From contig CAZFYM010000004.1 of NCBI GenBank assembly GCA_964523755.1, forward strand, positions 7,068-71,067: a DNA stretch of 64,000 bases, given 5' to 3'. Shown here piece by piece: positions 56,945 through 64,000 of the stretch (the stretch's first letter is position 1; each line of letters starts with the position of its first letter). The DNA comes from an uncultured Wenzhouxiangella sp. Its GTDB lineage: Bacteria; Pseudomonadota; Gammaproteobacteria; Xanthomonadales; Wenzhouxiangellaceae. The translations under genes were made by a program, and so were the position numbers. Under the pieces are notes generated by a model. The model searched no databases and was not told the DNA's origin. It saw nothing but the letters and a program-made list of their open reading frames with translations.

Positions 56945-58615
56945 ATGAACAACTCCCAAGCCCCTGCCCGCCCTGGACCGACCCACGAGGTCTTCAATCA
57001 GCCCGAACCGTTGACCAATTACAACGCTTACCTGTCCGATCACGCGCTGCGTCAAGCGGTTGAACGGGAGGGCGGCCTGGATTTCGAACCGCAGTTGATT
57101 GACTACGGCGCGATCGCCGGCGCGGAGATTCTGCAACTCGGCTTCGAGGCCAATCAAAACACGCCAGTGCTCAAGACCCATGACCGCTACGGGCACCGGA
57201 TTGACCAGGTCGACTATCACCCGTCTTACCACCGCCTGATGGCCTTGGGCCTGGGCCACGGCCTGGGCTCACTGACCTGGACCGCCAGACCCGGCGCTCG
57301 AATCGCCCGGTCAGCGCTGATGTACCTGCATAACCAGTTCGAAGCCGGCACCATGTGCCCGATCACCATGACCCATGCGGTGATCCCCTCGCTTCGCGCC
57401 CAACCCGAGATTGCCAGCGAGTGGGAACCTCGGGTACTAACCGGGCGCTATGATCCGGCCTTCCGCCCGGCTCCGGAAAAGGCCGGCGTCACGCTCGGCA
57501 TGGCCATGACCGAAAAACAGGGCGGCTCGGATGTTCGGGCCAATACCACCCGGGCCCGTCCGCTCTCGGTTCACGGTGCAGGTCAGGCTTACGAGCTGGT
57601 TGGCCACAAATGGTTCTGCTCGGCACCGATGTCGGACGCATTTCTGAGTCTGGCCCAGACCGACGAGGGCTTGAGCTGCTTCCTGGTCCCACGCTGGCGG
57701 CCAGACGAGACAGCCAACCCATTCCATATCCAGCGACTCAAGGACAAGCTCGGCAATCGCTCCAACGCCTCATCGGAAATCGAGTATCCAGGGACCTGGG
57801 CGCAAATGGTTGGCGAGCCCGGGCGGGGCGTGGCCACCATTATTCGCATGGTGTCGGAGACGCGCCTCGATTGTGTGATCGGTTCGGCCTCGTTGATGCG
57901 CCAGGCCGTGGCTCAGGCCATTCATCATTGTGATCAGCGCTCGGCTTTTGGTCAGCGATTAAGCCGCCAACCATTGATGATGAACGTGCTGGCCGAACTG
58001 GCGGCCGAGTCCGAGGCTGCCATGCTGATGGCGCTGCACCTGGCCGGTCGCTTTGAACGCGCGGCCAGCGACGAAGCTTCAGAGCTGATTGCCCGAATCG
58101 CCACACCCATAGCCAAGTACTGGATCTGCAAGCGTGCGGTGCATGTTGTCAACGAGGCCCAGGAATGCATGGGCGGGGCCGGCTATGTCGAGGAATTCAT
58201 TCTTCCACGCCTGTACCGGGAGGCACCGGTCAACGCGATCTGGGAAGGCTCGGGCAATATCCAGTGCCTGGACGTGCTGCGCGCACTGGATCGGGAACCA
58301 CGCTGCCTTCAGGCCCTGAGAGCCTGGCTTGAGCCGCACGCAAGCACTATTCCAAGTCTTGGGGAAACGCTCGACCAGGTCAGCCAGGATCTGGCTGATG
58401 CCGAGCAGGCACCGCTGCTGGCCCGCCACATCGTCGAACGATTGGCGCTGGCCATGCAGGCTGTGCTGCTGATTGAGTCCGGCAGCCATCCAGCAGCCGA
58501 ACTCTACATCGCTGGCAAACTCGAACACCGCGGTGGCCAGATGATCGGTGCCCTGCCCTCGGGCCTGGCTTTTGCCGAAACAATCGATCGCGCCCGGCCC
58601 GTTATATCGGATTGA
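56945..58615 (+). CDS. aidB: Acyl-CoA dehydrogenase, AidB-like
   Basis: HEVFNQP N-terminus, CPITMT, MTEKQGGSDV, GHKWFCSAP, KLGNRSNASSE and IWEGSGN. Start is ATG 56945. Confidence 0.85.
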   Translation: MNNSQAPARPGPTHEVFNQPEPLTNYNAYLSDHALRQAVEREGGLDFEPQLIDYGAIAGAEILQLGFEANQNTPVLKTHDRYGHRIDQVDYHPSYHRLMALGLGHGLGSLTWTARPGARIARSALMYLHNQFEAGTMCPITMTHAVIPSLRAQPEIASEWEPRVLTGRYDPAFRPAPEKAGVTLGMAMTEKQGGSDVRANTTRARPLSVHGAGQAYELVGHKWFCSAPMSDAFLSLAQTDEGLSCFLVPRWRPDETANPFHIQRLKDKLGNRSNASSEIEYPGTWAQMVGEPGRGVATIIRMVSETRLDCVIGSASLMRQAVAQAIHHCDQRSAFGQRLSRQPLMMNVLAELAAESEAAMLMALHLAGRFERAASDEASELIARIATPIAKYWICKRAVHVVNEAQECMGGAGYVEEFILPRLYREAPVNAIWEGSGNIQCLDVLRALDREPRCLQALRAWLEPHASTIPSLGETLDQVSQDLADAEQAPLLARHIVERLALAMQAVLLIESGSHPAAELYIAGKLEHRGGQMIGALPSGLAFAETIDRARPVISD

Positions 58616-58636
58616 TGCGGCTTTAGCCCGATGTAA

Positions 58637-59053
58637 TCAGCCGATGGCGACCGCCTGCATATCATCATCGACGGCAACCATGACCAGGTGGCCCTCGATC
58701 GCCAGTTGCTGCACACTGGTCGCGGTGTTTTCCAGCAAGATCTGCACGGTAACCGTCATTGACGTTCGCCCGACCCGGGTGACCTCCCCGACCATTTCCA
58801 CAATTGCGCCCTGCGGAATGGGGACCTTGAAATCCACCCGGTCCATGGAAACCGTAACCACTTGCCGACGGGCATAGCGTGTCGCCGTCAGAAAAGCCAC
58901 TTCGTCCATCCAATGTAAAGCAGTCCCGCCATAGAGCGTTCCGATCGGGTTGGTATCGTGCGGAAACACCAGCTTGGTGATCCGCGTGCGCGACTGCTCT
59001 ATTCGTTCAAGCTGATGATTTTTTTCTGGCTGATCGTCCATTCCCTCACTCAA
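58637..59053 (-). CDS. Acyl-CoA thioesterase (hotdog fold, YciA-like)
   Basis: VFPHDTNPIGTLYGG...WMDE...GRTSM. Start may be 59041. Confidence 0.9.
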   Translation of the reverse strand: MSEGMDDQPEKNHQLERIEQSRTRITKLVFPHDTNPIGTLYGGTALHWMDEVAFLTATRYARRQVVTVSMDRVDFKVPIPQGAIVEMVGEVTRVGRTSMTVTVQILLENTATSVQQLAIEGHLVMVAVDDDMQAVAIG

Positions 59054-59126
59054 ACATTGAAATCATGCTCAAAGTCTAACCGATACTATTGACAGAGAAC
59101 TTCCAGATACGGTGTTTCAGGTTTTT

Positions 59127-59335
59127 GAGCCCTTGAAGGCGCCGAGCATCGCAGGGCCGGGCGGAAACAAGGGAGCGTCTGTCTGAGCGCAAGCGAGTTT
59201 AAGCGACCGCCGCCCGGACCGAGAAGCACAGGGGACCCGCCAGCGGCGGGCGTCTTCTCGGGCGAACAGCCCTTTTGGTTACTTTTGAGGCGTTTGTCAA
59301 AAGTAACTCGCCCTGCAAGCGAAGCGTGGGCGAAA
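59127..59335. repeat. Highly structured intergenic element (repeat or ncRNA)
   Basis: Stems CCGGGCGG/CCGCCCGG, CCGAGAAG/CTTCTCGG, CCCGC/GCGGG, GTTACTTTTGA/TCAAAAGTAAC (perfect 11 bp) and CGCCC/GGGCG within ~200 nt. Confidence 0.6.
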
Positions 59336-59439
59336 CGATTTTGACTTTGATTTTGAAGCTCGTACTGGCAGACAGACACAAGAAAACACAATCGGTGCCG
59401 CCAGGCACAACCAACTCTGCTGTGGAGACGTCAGCGACG

Positions 59440-59994
59440 TCAGGTCGCTGATTTGAACGCGGGAACTTCGATGGTATCGAGCACACCGGCAATCGCATGC
59501 ATTACGGCAGCGATTCGTACCGAATGCTGAATGACCTCACTGCTGATACCCCCCTTTTTCAAAACCTGCTCGTGACTGTCAATGCACATGCCGCAACCAT
59601 TAACGGCAGAAACGGCCAGCGACAGCAGTTCGAAGTCAACCTTGTCGATGCCTGGATTGCCGATGGCTGACATACGCAGTCTGGCCGGCATGCGGGTGTA
59701 TTCATCGTTGGAGGCCAGGTGCAAGAATCGATAATAAATATTGTTCATGCCCATAATCGCCGCCGCAGTCCGGCTGGCGGTCATCCAGGCCGGGTCCAGC
59801 CGGGTTTTGGCTTCCGCAGCAATGGCGTCGACCAGAAAGGCATTACGGCTGGCGATGGCGGTTGCCAGGGCGGTTCCCCAGACCTGATATTCACTCATTC
59901 CACCGGCCTGCTCAACATCGAGCACATTGCCAAGATTGATACGCAAATCCTTGGCGAAATCAGGAATCTGATGCTTGATGGCGTCGATACTCAC
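59440..59994 (-). CDS. ahpD: Alkyl hydroperoxide reductase AhpD
   Basis: IPDFAKDLRINL, MGMNNIYYR and SAVNGCGMCIDSHE (CXXC...H). Confidence 0.93.
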   Translation of the reverse strand: MSIDAIKHQIPDFAKDLRINLGNVLDVEQAGGMSEYQVWGTALATAIASRNAFLVDAIAAEAKTRLDPAWMTASRTAAAIMGMNNIYYRFLHLASNDEYTRMPARLRMSAIGNPGIDKVDFELLSLAVSAVNGCGMCIDSHEQVLKKGGISSEVIQHSVRIAAVMHAIAGVLDTIEVPAFKSAT

Positions 59995-60024
59995 GGCGTG
60001 CTCCTTGACAGCGATGGGTTTGGC

Positions 60025-60061
60025 AAAAGAAAAGCCTCCGACGGAAGATACCGCCGGAGGC
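60025..60061 (-). terminator. Terminator-like hairpin between ahpC and ahpD
   Basis: Minus strand GCCTCCG...CGGAGGC followed by TTTTCTTTT. Confidence 0.6.
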
Positions 60062-60078
60062 CGTTATTCAAGGCGAAA

Positions 60079-60618
60079 TCAGGCTGCCTTCAGATGCTCT
60101 TCACCCGGCTGCCAGTTGCACGGGCACAACTCGTCAGATTGCAGCGCATCGAGAATGCGCAGCGTTTCCTTCGGATTGCGACCCACGTTCAGGTCGGTAA
60201 CTGACACGTGACGAATCACCCCCTGGGGATCGACCAGGAACGTAGCTCGGTTGGCCACCCCTTCCTCGGCATGCAGAATGCCCAGCGCACTCGAAAGTTC
60301 GCGCTTGACGTCGGCCAGCATCGGGATCTTCAGGTCGCGCAGATCATCATGGGCCTGGCGCCACGCCAGGTGAACAAACTCCGTGTCGGTGCTCGCTGCC
60401 AGCACCTGACAATCACGGTCGGCAAACTCGTCGGCCAGATCACTGAAAGCCTTGATCTCGGTCGGGCAGACAAATGTAAAATCTTTTGGATAAAAGAACA
60501 CCAGCTGCCACTTTCCCTCGAAGCTGTTGTTGTCCAGGTCGGTAAAGGCCGACTCCAGACTGGTGCCCACGGTCGCTTTCAGTTTGTAGTTGGGAAACTT
60601 GTCGCCAATCGTCAACAT
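60079..60618 (-). CDS. ahpC: 2-Cys peroxiredoxin AhpC
   Basis: FYPKDFTFVCPTEI and ELCPCNW. Confidence 0.95.
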   Translation of the reverse strand: MLTIGDKFPNYKLKATVGTSLESAFTDLDNNSFEGKWQLVFFYPKDFTFVCPTEIKAFSDLADEFADRDCQVLAASTDTEFVHLAWRQAHDDLRDLKIPMLADVKRELSSALGILHAEEGVANRATFLVDPQGVIRHVSVTDLNVGRNPKETLRILDALQSDELCPCNWQPGEEHLKAA

Positions 60619-60726
60619 TGCAGATATCTCCTTGGGATTGCTATCAGTTCATGAACGGTTCGGATTAAAATGCACAGAGACTTCCTGTGCAGTGCACTAA
60701 GATGAAGGCAGATTGACGTTTTGCAA

Positions 60727-60763
60727 ATTGAATATCCCTATCAACTTGATAACCTTTATCTAT
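60727..60763. promoter_or_regulatory. OxyR binding site in the ahpC/oxyR divergent region
   Basis: ATTG-N7-CTAT-N7-ATAA-N7-CTAT matches ATAG-N7-CTAT-N7-ATAG-N7-CTAT at 14/16 and abuts a TTGCAA -35 candidate (60721-60726) for ahpC. Confidence 0.85.
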
Positions 60764-60782
60764 CAACCGTCGACCCTGGCAA

Positions 60783-61685
60783 ATGAATATTCGCGCACTC
60801 CAATACCTGGTGGCACTGGCCAACCTTCGCCATTTCAGCAAGGCGGCCGAACAATGCTATGTCAGCCAGCCGACGCTGAGCACGCAGATCCGCAAGCTGG
60901 AAGAAGAACTTGACGTGCAACTGGTCGAACGTTCACCCAGGCAAGTGATGCTGACCCGGGTCGGTGAAGAAATTGTTGAGCGGGCCCGCTCCATCCTGGG
61001 TGAAGTCGATGCCATGCAGGCAATCGCCAGGCGCTCGCGAGACCCCCACAGTGGCACTCTCCGTCTGGGTATTTTTCCGACTCTGGCACCTTACTTTCTG
61101 CCCCACGTGATTCCGGAAATTCGTCGCCGCTATTCACGCCTCACGCTTCGCCTGTTCGAGGAAAAGACCGAAGATATTCTGGCCATGCTCGAGCAGGGTC
61201 GCCTAGACGCCGGATTGTTGGCTCTGCCCGTTACCAATGATCATCTGATGACCCGGCTGCTGTTTGAAGAGCCCTTCGTCCTTGCCATGCCGGAGCATCA
61301 CCGGCTAGCCGAACGCGAGCGGATCAGCATGGACGATCTGGAGTCAGAAGAGTTGCTGCTGCTGGAGGACGGCCACTGTCTGCGGGATCAAGCCCTGGAG
61401 GTCTGCCAGATGGCAGGCGCTCACGAAAGGCTGGACTTTCATGCCACCAGTATGGAAACCCTGCGACAAATGGTGGCGGCCAATACCGGAATTACCCTGA
61501 TGCCGACCCTGGCCGTCAAACCACCGGTTGCGCCCACCGACAATCTGGTTTCCCGTCCTTTTGTTCATCCAGGCCCGACCCGACGTATCGCCATGGCCTG
61601 GCGGAAATCCTCGGCTCTGACCGAGTTTCTGGAAGAACTGGCCGAACTGTTTGCAGCAATCAATCCCGAACTCCTCAAACCCTGA
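60783..61685 (+). CDS. oxyR: Hydrogen-peroxide-sensing LysR regulator OxyR
   Basis: LysR HTH; LLEDGHCLRDQALEVC with both redox cysteines; SMETLRQMV. Confidence 0.96.
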   Translation: MNIRALQYLVALANLRHFSKAAEQCYVSQPTLSTQIRKLEEELDVQLVERSPRQVMLTRVGEEIVERARSILGEVDAMQAIARRSRDPHSGTLRLGIFPTLAPYFLPHVIPEIRRRYSRLTLRLFEEKTEDILAMLEQGRLDAGLLALPVTNDHLMTRLLFEEPFVLAMPEHHRLAERERISMDDLESEELLLLEDGHCLRDQALEVCQMAGAHERLDFHATSMETLRQMVAANTGITLMPTLAVKPPVAPTDNLVSRPFVHPGPTRRIAMAWRKSSALTEFLEELAELFAAINPELLKP

Positions 61686-61776
61686 TCTGGCTCAAAAAGG
61701 TTGCTCAGCCGAAACAAAAAAATCTTTATGTCGCAAAGCAGCGAAGCAGCAAAGACGCAAAGTAGATAAAAAGCTT

Positions 61777-62082
61777 CCTGATTACGTATGAATCTCAGCC
61801 ACGCTCTCAGGTGCCGGGATGGCCCTGTCGACAAGATGGGAAAAGGGAAGAGGGTGAGCGGTAAGAAGGAAGCCAAAGGCTCGCCAGAACCGACTACCCG
61901 CCTGATTAAGTTTTGCGGCTGCCACACACTGAGAAAGCGGAAAAGAGCACAAAATCCCGCAGTTTCCAACCCTCTTTTCCTCTCCCCCTCTCCCCCTCTC
62001 CCCTTCTCCCCATACTGAGCTCAATCAAAGCGAACTAATATCGTATACCCGCGAGCGCGGCTGAGGTTTATGCGTAATCAGG
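61777..62082. mobile_element. 306-bp non-autonomous TIR element with an 8-bp target-site duplication
   Basis: Ends CCTGATTACGtAtgaatCTCAGCC and (reverse complement) CCTGATTACGCAtaaacCTCAGCC. AAAAGCTT flanks both sides as a direct repeat (61769-61776 and 62083-62090). Confidence 0.75.
61984..62010 (-). other. Canonical G-quadruplex-forming motif inside the TIR element
   Basis: Minus strand GGGG-agaa-GGG-aga-GGGGG-aga-GGGGG. Confidence 0.5.
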
Positions 62083-62139
62083 AAAAGCTTTATTCGATTT
62101 CTTTTTGTTGCTTCGCTGCTTCGCGTCCAAAAGATTTTT

Positions 62140-63186
62140 CTAGTCTTGGCCTTCGGATTCCAGGTCGACCAGCAGGTCCTCGAGTCGGCGGGTCATCTGC
62201 TCGAACTTGCCCTGGGGCAAACGGAACTGCCAGGGTGACAAACGGGCATCCACGGCACCCGCATCGGCGCTGCTGGCCGCATCTTCATCACTGAGCTCAT
62301 CGTCGGATGTGACTTGAACTTCGGCGCTGACTGAAAAGTGCACCCAGCCACCCTGCTCGTCTTCAAATAGCGAGGCAACAAAGTTCAAACCGTCCCGGGT
62401 TACGAACAGCGCTCGACTGGCCTCTTCCGGCACCTGGTCATGACGACGCACATCGTCCAGGCGCAAGTTGGCCAGCGCATTGGCAACCGGGCGCAAGCGC
62501 CACATCGGCTCTGCCTCGCGACCCTCGGGTACGTTGAGCAGCACCCAGTCATCGCTTGCTTCTCCTGCCATTTTGAGCTGGACCGTATCACCGTCACTAT
62601 GGCGAAGGTTGACTTCCGACAGCTCACTGGCCGGAATATCCATGATCGAACGCTCCAGCCAGGACAAGGCATCGGCGGCCACGTCCAGATCACGATCACT
62701 CAACCAGACTTGCGCTTCACCATCCAGTCGTACAAACCTTGACTGCTCTACCGGCCCGGGCTGTCCGACGATCAGGCTCGCCAAGGCGGTATCCGGAAAC
62801 GACACCCGTACACCCCGTGCTTCGGGATCATCAATCTGAGCGACACCCAGTCGACCATACCATTCGGGATTGCTGGTTCGAGGCTCGGCACGCAACCCGG
62901 AAGCGAGATCACGCAACAGGTCATGCACCAGCGCAAAATCGGCCTCGTATTCGTCTTTCTCCAGCACCCGCCAGCGACTGTCGTCGCGGAACAGATTGAC
63001 CGGATCGCTGTCACCAGAGCGGATTTCAATCCTGGCGATGTCGTTGACTGAATCACGCAGACCGGGAATCAGAGGCAAGTCACCTTCGGCCTCCAGGCGA
63101 CTATTGGGCAAACCGGTCAGGAAAAGCGCTAGAGCCAGCGCCAGCAGAGTGAGCACGGCCAGACCTACCAGAACATTTCGATTCAT
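62140..63186 (-). CDS. DUF4340 domain protein
   Basis: N-terminal TM, WRVLEKDEYEAD...LLRDL, duplicated architecture; ATGA-coupled to the GldG-like gene. Confidence 0.85.
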   Translation of the reverse strand: MNRNVLVGLAVLTLLALALALFLTGLPNSRLEAEGDLPLIPGLRDSVNDIARIEIRSGDSDPVNLFRDDSRWRVLEKDEYEADFALVHDLLRDLASGLRAEPRTSNPEWYGRLGVAQIDDPEARGVRVSFPDTALASLIVGQPGPVEQSRFVRLDGEAQVWLSDRDLDVAADALSWLERSIMDIPASELSEVNLRHSDGDTVQLKMAGEASDDWVLLNVPEGREAEPMWRLRPVANALANLRLDDVRRHDQVPEEASRALFVTRDGLNFVASLFEDEQGGWVHFSVSAEVQVTSDDELSDEDAASSADAGAVDARLSPWQFRLPQGKFEQMTRRLEDLLVDLESEGQD

Positions 63187-64000
63187 AAATCACCTCGCTG
63201 GGATTGCTGCCGCCGCCGGCGCCAGACCATGGCCAGCGCAAACAGCGTAATCAACACCGGCATCAGAGCCATATTGACCACCTTGACCCGAATGCCCAGG
63301 GCCTCGATATCCCGGTCCAGATCACGCCGGACCTGGCGAAGTTGGCGACGAATTTCCAGGCGCTGGTCGACGAAGCGGTCAATCTCGGCTTCCTGTTCGG
63401 CCGTCAGCACGCTCAGATCCGTATCACCGCGGGCCTGCTGAAGCTCGCCCAGACGCTGTTCAGTTTCGGCCAGCTCCGCCTCCAGGCGCTGCTCGGTCGC
63501 GCGGAGATTCTGCTCGGCTTCGCGTCGCAGATCATCGACCAGGTGAAACGGCCGGTTGGAGGTCGCGCGGCTGCGAACGCTGATCAGATCAGCATTGCCC
63601 AGCAGGTTGTCGATGGCGTTGATGACGAAATCACCGTTGTTGGCGAACGGGTTGAGCAGAACCTGCCCAAAAAACCGCTGGCGCTGAACCCAGTAACGGT
63701 CGGCCAGCAGATCCGCATCGGCAACCAGAATCAGGTTGATTGAACCGGACTCGACCTCGCTGCGGTCAGGGAAAGCACTCGGTGCCTCACCCGTCAAGCG
63801 TGCGGCAATCACTAACGATTCATCTCCAGGTGCGACCTCGGCGGCCAATTCGGAGGGATCCATCAAAAATCGCAGTCGCTCGGTAGCCAGCACACCCGAA
63901 CGGGGGCTGGACTGAATCAAGGGCTCCAGCGTCAACTGGCTATCCTCACGCAAGCGCAACGAACCCGCACTGGCCAGATTGATCGTCTCCAACTCGGCGG
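63183..64000 (-). CDS. GldG-family ABC-transporter auxiliary protein, C-terminal part (partial)
   Basis: LIQSS...IAARLTG...FP...INLILVADADLL...NGDFVINAIDNLLG..DLISVRSR, a coiled coil and a C-terminal TM. The reading frame continues past the window edge. Confidence 0.88.
   Translation of the reverse strand, partial: AELETINLASAGSLRLREDSQLTLEPLIQSSPRSGVLATERLRFLMDPSELAAEVAPGDESLVIAARLTGEAPSAFPDRSEVESGSINLILVADADLLADRYWVQRQRFFGQVLLNPFANNGDFVINAIDNLLGNADLISVRSRATSNRPFHLVDDLRREAEQNLRATEQRLEAELAETEQRLGELQQARGDTDLSVLTAEQEAEIDRFVDQRLEIRRQLRQVRRDLDRDIEALGIRVKVVNMALMPVLITLFALAMVWRRRRQQSQRGDL

Larger units (their letters stand above)
61718..62139. repeat. CGCAAAG-family hairpin repeat interrupted by a TIR element
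   Basis: Left AAAAATCTTTatgtCGCaAAGCAGCGAAGCAgCAAA versus right reverse complement AAAAATCTTTtggaCGCgAAGCAGCGAAGCAaCAAA (~38-bp imperfect IR). Confidence 0.7.

Noticed and set aside
1-64000. CRISPR array, prophage, integron or autonomous IS
   Set aside because: I saw no regularly spaced direct repeats and no cas, phage, integrase or transposase genes.

Overview
A GC-rich, mostly core chromosomal window from a gammaproteobacterium. Gene content and the C-terminal 'VFADRFE' tail suggest a Wenzhouxiangella/Xanthomonadales-like organism; this is an inference, and no search was run. Gene order: thrS (partial), tRNA-Val(GAC), mfd-csiV-MFS-hypothetical, secreted zinc protease, dodecin, PLD-lipoprotein-MMPL-LolA-like, ispA, hopanoid cluster (squalene synthase-shc-hpnG-hpnA-hpnH), rhlE, alpha-2-macroglobulin plus an upstream repeat lipoprotein, cysJIH / cysG-cysK, PQQ sugar dehydrogenase, zapG, GNAT-nitrilase, plcP-agt-like pair, xseA, yigZ, glmM-folP-ftsH-rlmE, yhbY, aidB-like, ahpD-ahpC / oxyR, DUF4340 and GldG-like (partial). 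I saw no CRISPR array, integrase, transposase or prophage. Five observations stand out. (1) An orphan lipoprotein-MMPL-LolA-like module lies beside a hopanoid cluster with no other transporter in the window, a candidate Lol-like hopanoid export route. (2) A 37-bp stem RNA candidate abuts the tRNA-Val 3' end; all six wobble pairs favour the antisense strand and the loop is GGA-rich. (3) Two non-autonomous elements share ~26-bp terminal inverted repeats but carry unrelated cargo; both sit inside a resident hairpin repeat and one has an exact 8-bp target duplication. (4) An 11-bp-phased Pho-box array lies upstream of a plcP-agt lipid-remodelling pair. (5) A ~200-nt multi-hairpin intergenic element lies downstream of ahpD. 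All protein family calls come from motif recognition by eye.
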